Assembly: GCA_020852855.1 (NCBI GenBank)
Contig: JADZAA010000085.1
Coordinates: 10,713-74,712 of the forward strand
DNA: 64,000 nt
Source: Bacteroidota bacterium
Lineage (GTDB): Bacteria; Bacteroidota; Ignavibacteria; Kapaibacteriales; UBA961
Direction of reading: 5' to 3'
Part shown: in pieces, positions 1 through 9,721 of the stretch
How positions within the stretch are numbered: position 1 is the first letter of the stretch
Layout of the letters: the number at the start of each line of letters is the position of its first letter
Made by a program: the position numbers and the translations under genes
Notes under the pieces: generated by a model
The model's database searches: none
What the model saw: only the letters and a program-made list of their open reading frames with translations
What the model was told of the DNA's origin: nothing

Positions 1-449
1 CCCGTCATAGAACCGCTGTAATCTACCGTAAGCATAACCGAGTACGGAATGGAGTCTGCGTCGCCGAACTCTCGCACGGCAAAATTCCTTATCGGAACGG
101 TTTTTCGCCCCAATTTTTCGATAATCGAGGTGAAATAGCGTGCATCTTCGCGATACGGCGGTGCCATATTGGTAATAAAATTTCCAAGCGAATCATAAAC
201 TCGGGCAAAAAGTTTTATCGTGTCCGGATAATGAGAATAATCGGTTTTCCAAATATCGAACACTACTTTAGAAGCATCGGCCGAGTCCGCATGGCGCGTA
301 GTCGAGAGCAGAAATTGCGGCTTATCTTTGGGGTCGCGCGTTTCGCGTTGCAGTTCGAGGCCTGTTAGGCGTTTGGGTACGGATCCGCAACCGACTGCAA
401 CGGCCGCTGCAAATAAGGCAAAAATCAATCGCACGACGAAATTTTGCAT
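1..449 (-). CDS. Lipoprotein with von Willebrand A (vWA) domain; the gene runs past the window start (3' part missing), ATG at 449
   Basis: Reverse-strand reading frame has no stop from 449 down to 1. N-terminus MQNFVVRLIFALFAAAVAVGCGS is a signal peptide with a lipobox Cys. Near the window edge, TVDYSGSM matches the vWA MIDAS motif DxSxS. Confidence 0.45.
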   Translation of the reverse strand, partial: MQNFVVRLIFALFAAAVAVGCGSVPKRLTGLELQRETRDPKDKPQFLLSTTRHADSADASKVVFDIWKTDYSHYPDTIKLFARVYDSLGNFITNMAPPYREDARYFTSIIEKLGRKTVPIRNFAVREFGDADSIPYSVMLTVDYSGSMT

Positions 450-632
450 CGAAAATATAGGCTGATGAACAAACTTTTAGCAAGACGACACCCGCGCCAA
501 TGTTATTGTTTGTAGTAAAACAAAGAAGTTTTCAACAGAAAACTTCAAAAGTCGGGGTTATGCGTGATATGTTGCTATTTTTGAAACATCACTTGATTAC
601 TAACTGTAATTGTTTACTTCAAACAAAGGATT

Positions 633-1427
633 ATGAGTCGTTTACTTGTTACAGTACTTTTAATTTTTGCCGGCAGGGTTATCGGCATCGCTCAAACTTC
701 GCCCTATAATCTTACGTGGCTACGTGAATCGGTTCTACTCGGCGGAGGTGCGGCAAACGGCCTTTACTCTTTGTTGCTAAACGGTAAAGCGAAATCTGCT
801 TCGCCCGACGATATTACGGCTTTGAACAGCGATAATATAAATTTGCTTGATAGGTGGATTACGCAAAATTATTCCGAAAATTTTGATGTTGCAAGTGATT
901 ATTTGGTTGGAACGATTACTGTTGTGCCGGCCGGAATTTTGTTGCTCGACGGCGCGGGCAAAGATTGGCTGACTTTGTCGGTAATGTATGCGGAAACCAT
1001 GCTATCGGCTAATTCGGCCGCTTTCTATGCAAAGGCCGGAGTGCGGCGTTTCCGTCCCTTTGCATACAATCCTGATGCACCGTTAGAGATGAAACTTGCG
1101 CCCGACGCGCAACGCTCTTTTTTCTCGCAACATACTTGCATATCGTTTGCCTCGGCTATGTTTATTTCTACTGTTTATAGCGATTATTTCCCCGATTCCG
1201 AATATGCGCCTTATGTGTGGTGCGGGTCGTTTGCGGCTGCGGGAGCAGTAGGACTCTTTCGTATATTGGCAGGCTCGCATTTTACCACAGACGTTCTGGC
1301 GGGTGCGGCGGCCGGAAGTCTTTTCGGCTACATTGTGCCGGCGATGCACAAAGCGAACGCGGACGGTAAGCATGGCGTTCTAATGGGAATACGACCTACG
1401 GGCATTTCAGTGAGTTTTGCGTTCTGA
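633..1427 (+). CDS. PAP2-family phosphatase (phosphatidic acid phosphatase type 2 / haloperoxidase fold)
   Basis: N-terminal signal/TM segment. PAP2 signature-like motifs RRFRP, SQHT and GSHFTTDVLAG match KxxxxxxRP ... SGH ... SRxxxxxHxxxD. Confidence 0.5.
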   Translation: MSRLLVTVLLIFAGRVIGIAQTSPYNLTWLRESVLLGGGAANGLYSLLLNGKAKSASPDDITALNSDNINLLDRWITQNYSENFDVASDYLVGTITVVPAGILLLDGAGKDWLTLSVMYAETMLSANSAAFYAKAGVRRFRPFAYNPDAPLEMKLAPDAQRSFFSQHTCISFASAMFISTVYSDYFPDSEYAPYVWCGSFAAAGAVGLFRILAGSHFTTDVLAGAAAGSLFGYIVPAMHKANADGKHGVLMGIRPTGISVSFAF

Positions 1428-1453
1428 TTTTTCCTGCCACTATTACTTTTTAT

Positions 1454-2428
1454 ATGAAAAACAAAGAAGTGCAAATGCTTAACAGGCTCCGTGCGGCATA
1501 TCTCGACGGCACGGCCGGTGTCGCTGATTACTGGCAGTCCGACGATGAATTAGACGTTTACGACCGTTCTTTTGCACGGCGAATAGGCTGGAAATGGCTG
1601 TATGTTTTGCGTGAATTGGATCGTATCGGCTGGCAACCGCCGAAAGGCAACGCGATTACCGATTGGGGGTGTGGCAGCGGCGTGGCTTCGCGAACAATTA
1701 TAGAGCATTTCGGCGATAATTATTTTTCGGAACTGCGCTTGTTCGACCGCTCTTTGCGTGCGACGGCTTTCGCTGCCTCGAAAGCCGTTAAGAGTTTTCC
1801 CCAACTGCTTGTAAAAGCCGCCGACTCACCTGATTTTGACGGCGGAATTGCAGTTGTCAGCCACGTAATTACCGAACTTATGCCGCAACAAATAAAAGCG
1901 TTGGTTGAGCATCTGCGCCGTGCGGACGTAATTCTATGGACAGAGCCCGGAACTTATGCCGCAAGTCGCGCTTTAATAAGCGTCCGCGAATTGCTTCGCT
2001 CGGAATACAACGTTATAGCACCTTGCACTCATTCTGTGGTTTGCGGTATGACAAGTCCGGTTAATAAGCGGCATTGGTGCCATTTTTTTGCCAAATCACC
2101 GCCCGAAGCCTACACCGAGCGCGAATGGACGCAATTCGCAGAAAAATTAGGCATAGACCTAAGTGATTTGCCACTCTCGTACTTAGTTCTTGACAAAAAT
2201 CGCAGGGGATACAATTTCCCGCCCGATACAGCGAGAATTATAGCACGACCCCATGTTACCGCCCGCGACGCTATAGTATTAGGTTGCTCACCGTCGGGCG
2301 TAAGCGAGCGTATTGCGTATAAGAGTCGTCTGCCCGATGCATGGCGCACGTTCAAAAAAGGCGAATTTGATTCTTTGATACGTTGGGTAATCAACGGCAG
2401 AGAAATTACGGATATCGACGGACTGTAA
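1454..2428 (+). CDS. Rsm22-like class I SAM-dependent methyltransferase (small-subunit rRNA methyltransferase family)
   Basis: DWGCGSG SAM-binding motif. Downstream cysteine cluster CTHSVVCGM...HWCHF is typical of the Rsm22/COG5459 family. Confidence 0.45.
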   Translation: MKNKEVQMLNRLRAAYLDGTAGVADYWQSDDELDVYDRSFARRIGWKWLYVLRELDRIGWQPPKGNAITDWGCGSGVASRTIIEHFGDNYFSELRLFDRSLRATAFAASKAVKSFPQLLVKAADSPDFDGGIAVVSHVITELMPQQIKALVEHLRRADVILWTEPGTYAASRALISVRELLRSEYNVIAPCTHSVVCGMTSPVNKRHWCHFFAKSPPEAYTEREWTQFAEKLGIDLSDLPLSYLVLDKNRRGYNFPPDTARIIARPHVTARDAIVLGCSPSGVSERIAYKSRLPDAWRTFKKGEFDSLIRWVINGREITDIDGL

Positions 2429-2628
2429 GTGCGATTTTGCGGTATTAAAACATGCCTTTGATTTTTTATTTGTCGGCCTTCAATGTATTTTTGTTGCTTG
2501 TCATCTGATTTGTATTTGCATTTACTTGCAAATTGTAATTCGGACTATTACAGTATATTTGCAGAACATTTGCATAGAATTGCACGACTAAATAAACGAG
2601 CTGTTGCCCATATACTGCGAGCAAGCGA

Positions 2629-3177
2629 ATGATTATAGTACTTTTTGGAGCACCCGGCGTAGGCAAAGGCACGCAGGCGGCACTATTGGCGGAACGAACT
2701 GGTATGCCGCATCTTTCTACCGGCGACGCTTTTCGCCAAGCGATTAAGGCCGAAACCGCACTTGGAAAAACAGCGAAAGAATACGTGGAGTCGGGACGCT
2801 TGGTGCCGGACGACGTTGTAACAGGAATTGCACGCGAGGCAATAATGCAACCGGAATATGCAAACGGATGCATACTCGACGGCTTCCCGCGCACTTATGT
2901 TCAGGCGCGAGCTCTCGATGAAATTCTGGCAGAATTAGGCCGTACCGTAGGAAAAGTAATTAATATCGAAGTGGCGAACGAAGAAATCGTACAAAGAATG
3001 TTGAAGCGCGGGCGCAAAGACGACACAGAAGTAGTTATTCGCGACCGCTTGGCTATTTACAATGCCGAAACTGCGCCGTTACTTGATTATTATACCGTTG
3101 CCGGAAAATTACTGAGCATTGACGGCAATGCCGACGTGGAAACAGTGTACGAAAGAATTGCTGCCGCACTCGGTTGA
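2629..3177 (+). CDS. adk: Adenylate kinase (short form, no zinc lid)
   Basis: P-loop GAPGVGKGTQA. Conserved LSTGDxFR and DGFPRT motifs. 182 aa. Confidence 0.95.
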   Translation: MIIVLFGAPGVGKGTQAALLAERTGMPHLSTGDAFRQAIKAETALGKTAKEYVESGRLVPDDVVTGIAREAIMQPEYANGCILDGFPRTYVQARALDEILAELGRTVGKVINIEVANEEIVQRMLKRGRKDDTEVVIRDRLAIYNAETAPLLDYYTVAGKLLSIDGNADVETVYERIAAALG

Positions 3178-3214
3178 TACCGGCGGATTTTCTCGTTTTT
3201 TTAACGGTGATATT

Positions 3215-3928
3215 ATGCCTAAGCACTGTTGCGACAAGCCAGACTGCCAAATATGCGTAACATATCCCAGCTCTATTTTCGCAGAGCTTTATCATGACGA
3301 AAAAACGATAATTTCAGACCATAAGTCATATTTGGCTTTCAAAACAGGTGAAATCGTTTTTCACGAAGGCTCGTATCCCAACGGTTTGTATTGCGTAAAT
3401 TCCGGCAAAATCAAAGTGTCGAAATACGGGCCGGAGGGGCGCGAGCAAATAGTAAGATTCGCTAAAGCGGGCGATGTATTGGGCTATCGCGCTTTGCTGT
3501 GCGGCGAGGCGTATTCGGCTAGTGCGACAACGCTTTCCGATGCTCATATATGTTTTATTCCGCGCGAAATTTTCACTGCGGCACTTCAAAAAAGCCCCGC
3601 ATTATCATTAAAATTCATTCAATTACTTTCGCACGATTTGCAAACCGCAGAAACGCGAATGGTGAAACTTGCGCAAAAGTCAGTGCGCGAACGACTTGCG
3701 GAAACCCTGCTTATGTTGCGCAATACATTCGGAATTACCAATGACGGCTTGCTCGATGTGCAACTTTCGCGCGAAGAAATAGCCAATATTGTGGGGACGG
3801 CCACCGAAAGCGTTATTCGCCAACTCGCAGATTTCAAAAAAGCAGGTCTTGTTGATTTGCGCGGAAAGCATATAGCCATTCTTGATGAGCACCGTTTGGC
3901 AGACGAAGCAAATCTTGAAGAAATTTAG
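3215..3928 (+). CDS. Crp/Fnr-family transcriptional regulator, FNR-like with an N-terminal Cys cluster
   Basis: cNMP-binding beta-roll followed by a C-terminal HTH (REEIANIVGTATESVIRQL). N-terminal HCCDKPDCQIC plus a central Cys resemble the FNR [4Fe-4S] ligand pattern. The listed ORF start at 3119 overlaps adk; the ATG at 3215 is the plausible start. Confidence 0.75.
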   Translation: MPKHCCDKPDCQICVTYPSSIFAELYHDEKTIISDHKSYLAFKTGEIVFHEGSYPNGLYCVNSGKIKVSKYGPEGREQIVRFAKAGDVLGYRALLCGEAYSASATTLSDAHICFIPREIFTAALQKSPALSLKFIQLLSHDLQTAETRMVKLAQKSVRERLAETLLMLRNTFGITNDGLLDVQLSREEIANIVGTATESVIRQLADFKKAGLVDLRGKHIAILDEHRLADEANLEEI

Positions 3929-3980
3929 CCGTTATTGCTGCTTCAAAAATACCTCTGAAAAGTTATGCACAGTTCAATTA

Positions 3981-4637
3981 TTAAAACCTTACGGAAACAA
4001 TTTTCTTTTCGTCTTGCTCAAACCAAGCCATTCCGCGCATTGAAATTTGAGTTTCGGTAATTTCGGCATCGGGATAATGAAAGCGTGCTTCGTCGAGCTC
4101 GCCGGATAAATCGCCGCCTTTCAGGAAAACATATTGCCCGCCTTTTTTCAGCAGTTTCCGTGTCCAGCCGATAACCTCGCTCGCAGATGCTACAGCCCGC
4201 GCCGTGATAACGTCGAAATAATTTAGGTGTCGTTTATCCGTAGCAAGCATTTCTACACGTATATTCAGCGATTCGATGGTTTTTAGTCCAGTATGTTGCG
4301 CAAACATCTTCGTCATTTTGGCTTTTTTGGCGATGGAATCCGTCAGCGTTACGAATATGTCGGGGCGTGCTATCGCCAGCGGAATACCCGGAAAGCCGCC
4401 GCCTGTTCCCACATCGAGCAAGCGCGACTTTTGCGGAATATTGCAGTATTTTAATATAGTCAAAGAGTGTGCGATATGTCTTTCCCAAAGATTTTCCGCA
4501 TCGCGCCGCGAAATCATATTTACTTTTTCGTTCCAATAGGTTATTTCGTCGGCAAAACGTTCTAATCTTCGCATTTGCTCACGGTCAAGCACAATGCCTT
4601 CGGCCGACAGCATCGTCCAAGTTTCAAGAGAATCCAT
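3981..4637 (-). CDS. rsmG: 16S rRNA (guanine527-N7)-methyltransferase RsmG/GidB
   Basis: LLDVGTGGGFPGIPLAI SAM motif and overall GidB-like length (218 aa). Start trimmed to the internal ATG (MDSLETW) at 4637. Confidence 0.85.
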   Translation of the reverse strand: MDSLETWTMLSAEGIVLDREQMRRLERFADEITYWNEKVNMISRRDAENLWERHIAHSLTILKYCNIPQKSRLLDVGTGGGFPGIPLAIARPDIFVTLTDSIAKKAKMTKMFAQHTGLKTIESLNIRVEMLATDKRHLNYFDVITARAVASASEVIGWTRKLLKKGGQYVFLKGGDLSGELDEARFHYPDAEITETQISMRGMAWFEQDEKKIVSVRF

Positions 4638-4689
4638 AATTTTCTGTTTGTTAAGTTTTTGTCTGTACAATCTGTATCTGTGCGTATTT

Positions 4690-5382
4690 CTATTTGTTGC
4701 CCGGACGATTATGCTCTTTAACGACATCGAGCAAATTGCGAATATCGTCGAGTTCGTAGTCCGCACTGACGATTTGATTGCCGAAAGAGTCGCCATATCG
4801 TGCAAAAGCGGTCAACATACCCACATTTTTCGCACCCAACATATCGCGTTCTGCCCAATCGCCGACCATGATTGCCTCCTCGGGAAAAACGTTCAGGCGC
4901 GAAAGTGCAGTAAGAAAAGGCTTCGGACTCGGCTTGCGCTCTCCCGTATCGTCGTAAGTGATAACTGCATCGAAAAGATGATGATAATTGATATAGCATA
5001 GCCGAAGCCACGCTTCGCGGGCGGGCGCGTCGGACACAAGTCCGAGTTTTACGCCGGACTTGCTAAGTTCAACGAGTGTAGGCGTTACGTGCGGATATGG
5101 CTTTAGCGCGGCTTCGCGGGCACGGCGATACGCAACAATCCCTGCGGAAAGTATTCGGAAGTCTATATGGCCCAATATATTGCCAAGTAATTCATCAAAA
5201 ACACGTTGATATTCGATACCTTGTTTCTGATAAATTTTGTCTATATGCTGCTGAATTTGTTCATGCGTAATCCGCAGCCCCGCGTCCATCATTCCTGAAA
5301 TGGCCGCCTCGACGGCTTGCCGTTTCATCGCCATGAAATCTACGAGCGTATTATCGAGGTCGAACACCACGGCTTTAATCAT
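4690..5382 (-). CDS. HAD-superfamily hydrolase (phosphatase, subfamily IA-like)
   Basis: MIKAVVFDLDNTLVD motif I (DxD). Conserved K and GDxxxD motifs near the C-terminus. Confidence 0.7.
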   Translation of the reverse strand: MIKAVVFDLDNTLVDFMAMKRQAVEAAISGMMDAGLRITHEQIQQHIDKIYQKQGIEYQRVFDELLGNILGHIDFRILSAGIVAYRRAREAALKPYPHVTPTLVELSKSGVKLGLVSDAPAREAWLRLCYINYHHLFDAVITYDDTGERKPSPKPFLTALSRLNVFPEEAIMVGDWAERDMLGAKNVGMLTAFARYGDSFGNQIVSADYELDDIRNLLDVVKEHNRPGNK

Positions 5383-5698
5383 CGCACTTCCTTTTGTAAT
5401 TATTTGGCTGTAATTATGCAACTTAGTGAACCGCACCGATACGGACAAATTTAGTTCTCCGAAGATGCAATTATATTCTCACCTGTTTCTGTTTATACTC
5501 AAACCGAAAAAGATTGTAATGATGTTGAATAAAAGGCATAATTTCGCTTTATGGATTTTACGCATTTGAATAGAGAGCTGCAACAATCAAAGATATTTCA
5601 GCGTTAAAGTTGCAGGTCGGGCGGAATACATCGGTGCAACAACTTTATTGATAAAAGAATTACGGCAACTTACAATATAACAATAAATCTAAGTACAT

Positions 5699-6390
5699 CA
5701 ATACTCCGTTGTTTATTCAAGCGGCTCGTGCGCCCAAATTATAGAGTTGGGCTATTTCCGGCTTCATTTTTTCGAGTTTCGGGTTTTTACCGTAAATCAA
5801 AATAATCCGGCCAAGGATTAACTTGTTGATATTTTTACTCTTTATGCTTGCGATTGAAAATGCCTTACGTTCATGTTTGTCAAGCGGCAACCAGCCTGTT
5901 ACTTTCGCAGTATTGAGTGCTGTAAGGGCTGTATTGTAGTGAAAATACATTGCAGATTTCTGCCGACTTTGGCAATGTTGCAGACCAATATGTTGCTTTG
6001 CATCACGGAATAAGAACTCAATCTGTGTTCGCAGTCGGTAGTAGTTCAGCAGACGTTCAGCCTCCATGTTGATGCCAATTGTTCTATAAGCAGGCCGTTA
6101 AATCTTGCAAAATCAAAATTCTTTGCAAATTGTTGTCTGTATGTTTGTTCGCCGTAATTGCCGTAGCGTGCAAAATCGGTAAAATTATATCGTGAATGTA
6201 TACTTAGCCGCAATATGAGTATATGCCTAAAAAATAATGAGTGCGGTTTGGAAATCCGCGACATTTATTGTAGTATTGCATATATTAACGGCTTCGGCTG
6301 TTTGCATCGGTAAGGGCAATTTTGTTGATGTGATTATCTTGCAAGATTAACCTTACCGTTTTTTTTCGACTAAATTTTAACGGAGTATTG
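5699..6390. mobile_element. Internally deleted IS4/IS5-like insertion sequence remnant bounded by 12-bp terminal inverted repeats
   Basis: CAATACTCCGTT at 5699-5710 and its exact reverse complement AACGGAGTATTG at 6379-6390. They flank a roughly 690 bp segment that encodes only transposase fragments. Confidence 0.5.
5717..6264 (-). pseudogene. DDE transposase fragments (C-terminal catalytic segment plus an out-of-frame upstream piece)
   Basis: 116-aa ORF with YYRLRTQIEFLFRDAKQHIGL, which matches the IS4-family motif (Y-x2-R-x3-E-x6-K) containing the catalytic E. The upstream 72-aa ORF is in a different frame. The total is far shorter than an intact transposase. Confidence 0.5.
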
Positions 6391-6560
6391 TAACACCTGT
6401 CCCTACTTTTTATTTATCTAAACCGTTGCACCGGGCTGTTGAATTCAAAAAATAATTCACTTAGGAATGAGAGGGATTATTCTTTCAATACCGTATATTC
6501 AGACAAAATGCGGTAATTTCGCGGTATAAACGACGGCCACATTCACAAATAACGGAAAAT

Positions 6561-7385
6561 ATGCGCTTTGGATTTTGGCTGGTAAGTGCCGCGCTTTTTC
6601 TGACAAGCGCAATGCCTACACCGCAAGTAATCGCCATTAAAGGCTCGGATACAATGGTGATTTTATCGCAGAAATGGGCTGAAACTTACACACAAAAAAC
6701 AGGTATGCAGTTTCAGGTTACGGGCGGCGGCTCTGGAACGGGATTTGCCGCATTGATTAACGGTACTACCGATATTTGCAGTGCGAGCCGGCCGATAAAA
6801 CCGGAGGAAATAAGGCAACTCAAAGAAAAATATAAATCCAACGGCGTTGAAATACGTGTAGCAAAAGACGGTATAAGCATTTATCTGAACAAGAGAAATC
6901 CGACTTCAAAACTCACTATAAGGCAAATCGGCGATATTTATACCGGAAAAATCAAGAATTGGAAAGACGTAGGCGGACCGAATATGAAAATTGTCTTATA
7001 CGGGCGCGAAAATAATTCCGGCACTTACGATTTTTTCAAAGAGCATGTGTTACATAAGCAGGATTTTGACGCTTCCACACAACACATGCCCGGCACGGCG
7101 GCCGTTGTCAATGCCATAGCCAAAGATAAAGCCGGCATCGGTTTCGGCGGTGCGGCTTATGCCAAAGAAATTAAAGATGCGGCAGTTGCTACCGAAAATG
7201 GTGCGGAATACGTTCTGCCTACGGAAGACAATATTTTGAGCGGCAAATATCCTGTTTCACGCTTTTTATACTTCTACGTTCGCGAATGGCCGTCCGGCGA
7301 CATCAAAAAATTTGTTGATTGGATATTGGGAAAAGAAGGACAAAAAGTTGTCAAAGAAGTAGGATATTTTCCGCTGAAGAAGTGA
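6561..7385 (+). CDS. pstS: Phosphate ABC transporter substrate-binding protein PstS
   Basis: Signal peptide. TGGGSGTG phosphate-binding motif. First gene of the pstSCAB-phoU cluster. Confidence 0.85.
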   Translation: MRFGFWLVSAALFLTSAMPTPQVIAIKGSDTMVILSQKWAETYTQKTGMQFQVTGGGSGTGFAALINGTTDICSASRPIKPEEIRQLKEKYKSNGVEIRVAKDGISIYLNKRNPTSKLTIRQIGDIYTGKIKNWKDVGGPNMKIVLYGRENNSGTYDFFKEHVLHKQDFDASTQHMPGTAAVVNAIAKDKAGIGFGGAAYAKEIKDAAVATENGAEYVLPTEDNILSGKYPVSRFLYFYVREWPSGDIKKFVDWILGKEGQKVVKEVGYFPLKK

Positions 7386-7488
7386 AAATGAGATTTGGCA
7401 ATATCATCATCAATCGCAGAATACACTGATATTTCACGGAGTTACGCCTTGCAGCAATGTAATTTCTTACTTTCCGATAATTGCGCTG

Positions 7489-8721
7489 ATGCAGTTACAA
7501 GATAAGCGTTTGTTCCGTAAAAAACGCCCGCGTTACGGCGAAATTGCGATTGAATGGTCTATTCGCGTCGTTTCGTCTGTTTCCATTTTGGTTATCGTCT
7601 TAATTTTTCTATTTGTATTTCGCGAGGCCGCCGGAATTTTCAATTCGGCAACCGAAGCGGGATCAACTTTGCAGACTATCGAGGCCGAAACTGCCGGAAA
7701 ATCCGAAATACATACTTCCGACAATGATGATTTGAAGCCCGAAATATACAATCCCGATTCGGGTATAGAAACGGGAGAGGCTCCACCGGCTAATTTACTG
7801 CCTGATTTGCAGGTTGCAACGACCGAGGCATCCGGAAAATCCGAAATACATACTTCCGACGACGATGATTTGAAGCCCGAAATATACAATCCGGATTCGG
7901 GTGAAGAAGCGGTCGAGTCTTTGATATCGGATATATCCGACAAGCCTTTGCAGCCGTCCAAAAGTATTTGGCAAAACCTTGCCGGAGAAAATTGGCAACC
8001 AATATCGGAAGAGCCAAAATTCGGCGTGACACCTTTAATTATCGGTACGGTCAAGACTACTTTTACCGCAATTGCAATTGCCGCACCTCTCGGGATTCTG
8101 GCTGCAATGTACGTGGCACTTTTTGCCCACCGCCGCCTTCGGGAAATAATTAAGCCTTTTATTGAAATTTTGGCCGGATTCCCGTCGGTTGTTATAGGAT
8201 TTTTCTGTTTGATGACTGTTGCGAGTATTTTGCAAGATACTTTCGGATTTGATTATCGTCTTAATTCGATTGTAGGCGGCTTAGGGCTTGCCATTACCGT
8301 CGTTCCCATCATTTTTACGATAACCGAAGACGCTCTGTCGGCTGTGCCGAAAAGTTATCGTGAAGCCGCGCTCGCGCTCGGTGCAACCGAATGGGAAGCC
8401 GCGTTTCGGCTGATGCTGCCCGCCGCCATGCCCGGTGTGATTGCCGCCGTATTGCTGGGCATAGGCCGCGCTTTCGGCGAAACAATGATTGCATTGATGG
8501 CCACGGGAAATGCACCGCTTGCAGAGTGGAACTTAGCTGCACCCGCTCGGACACTTGCGGCCACAATCGGCGCGGAAATGGGCGAAGTAATTTGGGGCTC
8601 TACGCATTACGGGGTTTTGTTTTTTCTAGGTGCGTTGCTGTTCCTGGTTAGTTTTGCGATAAATCTGCTGACGGAAGTATTTGTGCGCCGCCGCCTTGCC
8701 AAAAAATTTCAGGGAAGTTAA
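7489..8721 (+). CDS. pstC: Phosphate ABC transporter permease PstC carrying an acidic tandem-repeat insertion in the first loop
   Basis: C-terminal two thirds is a typical PstC with the EAA-like motif region (ALGATEWEAAFRLMLP). The N-terminal 180 aa contain one TM segment followed by a duplicated acidic segment. Confidence 0.85.
   Translation: MQLQDKRLFRKKRPRYGEIAIEWSIRVVSSVSILVIVLIFLFVFREAAGIFNSATEAGSTLQTIEAETAGKSEIHTSDNDDLKPEIYNPDSGIETGEAPPANLLPDLQVATTEASGKSEIHTSDDDDLKPEIYNPDSGEEAVESLISDISDKPLQPSKSIWQNLAGENWQPISEEPKFGVTPLIIGTVKTTFTAIAIAAPLGILAAMYVALFAHRRLREIIKPFIEILAGFPSVVIGFFCLMTVASILQDTFGFDYRLNSIVGGLGLAITVVPIIFTITEDALSAVPKSYREAALALGATEWEAAFRLMLPAAMPGVIAAVLLGIGRAFGETMIALMATGNAPLAEWNLAAPARTLAATIGAEMGEVIWGSTHYGVLFFLGALLFLVSFAINLLTEVFVRRRLAKKFQGS
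7664..7925 (+). repeat. Tandem duplication (2 x about 138 nt, 46 aa) inside pstC
   Basis: A near-identical core, ggaaaatccgaaatacatacttccgac(a/g)a(t/c)gatgatttgaagcccgaaatatacaatcc(c/g)gattcgggt, begins at 7695 and again at 7833. It encodes (A/S)GKSEIHTSD(N/D)DDLKPEIYNPDSG twice. Confidence 0.8.
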
Positions 8722-8732
8722 ACAAGGCTGTA

Positions 8733-9668
8733 ATGAGAAATACTAACTCTCGAAACAATTCATGGCATACATGGAAAAAGCGCGTTAAAGGGGGGCTTGC
8801 TTTTGCAATTACGGCCGGTTCGCTTTCGCTCATAGTTGCAATTATCGCAATTATGATAGGACACTTTTTACTGCGCGGATTACCCAATATTTCGTGGGAA
8901 TTTCTTACGGAATCACCGCGCAACAACAATACCGAAGGCGGTATTTTTCCGGCTGTTTACGGCACTACATTATTGGTACTGACCATGACACTCATTGGAG
9001 TGCCCGTAGGAGTTGCCACCGCTGTTTTTCTTTCGGAATATGCACGGTACGGCTCGCGATTTGCCCGCACAGTAAGATTTGCGGTCAATACTCTGGCCGG
9101 CGTTCCAAGTATTGTGTTCGGATTATTCGGCGTAGGATTCTTTATTCAGTTTATCGGTGCCGGTATGGATACAATGCTCGGCAATGATGTACCCGTATGG
9201 GCGCATCCGTCATTGCTTTGGGCTGCCGCTACGCTTTCGGTTCTTACGTTGCCGGTTGTCATAGTTTCGGTGGAAGAGGCGTTGCGTGCTGTTCCGCACG
9301 AGTTGCGCGAAGCATCGTTGGCGCTCGGTGCCACAAAATGGCAAACAGTATGGCGCGTCGCTTTGCCCAATTCACTGACCGGCATTCTTACAGGTTCGAT
9401 TCTGGCCGTAGGACGCGGTGCAGGAGAGGTTGCCCCGATAATTTTTGTAGGTGCTGTATATTCTCTGCCAAAATTACCTGCTTCGTTAAGCGACCAATTT
9501 ATGCATCTCGGATACCATCTTTTCGTATTGACAACGCAATCGCCCGATGTAGAAAAAGCATTGCCGCAACAATATGCCACTACCGTTGTTTTGCTGGCAC
9601 TTACGTTTGCGTTGAATTTTGCGGCCGTGTATGTCCGTATTCGAATCAGGCGTAAATCGTTGGGATAG
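8733..9668 (+). CDS. pstA: Phosphate ABC transporter permease PstA
   Basis: Multi-TM protein with the EAA motif region LGATKWQTVWRVALP. Sits between pstC and pstB. Confidence 0.85.
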   Translation: MRNTNSRNNSWHTWKKRVKGGLAFAITAGSLSLIVAIIAIMIGHFLLRGLPNISWEFLTESPRNNNTEGGIFPAVYGTTLLVLTMTLIGVPVGVATAVFLSEYARYGSRFARTVRFAVNTLAGVPSIVFGLFGVGFFIQFIGAGMDTMLGNDVPVWAHPSLLWAAATLSVLTLPVVIVSVEEALRAVPHELREASLALGATKWQTVWRVALPNSLTGILTGSILAVGRGAGEVAPIIFVGAVYSLPKLPASLSDQFMHLGYHLFVLTTQSPDVEKALPQQYATTVVLLALTFALNFAAVYVRIRIRRKSLG

Positions 9669-9721
9669 AAAAGACAAAAATTCAATAACCGGAAAAATAT
9701 CGCACATTCTTCAATGAAGCT

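Noticed and set aside
3119-3214. Listed ORF start at 3119 giving a 269-aa product overlapping adk by 59 nt
   Set aside because: The overlap is implausible. The internal ATG at 3215 gives a Crp/Fnr protein of normal length with the N-terminal Cys cluster intact.
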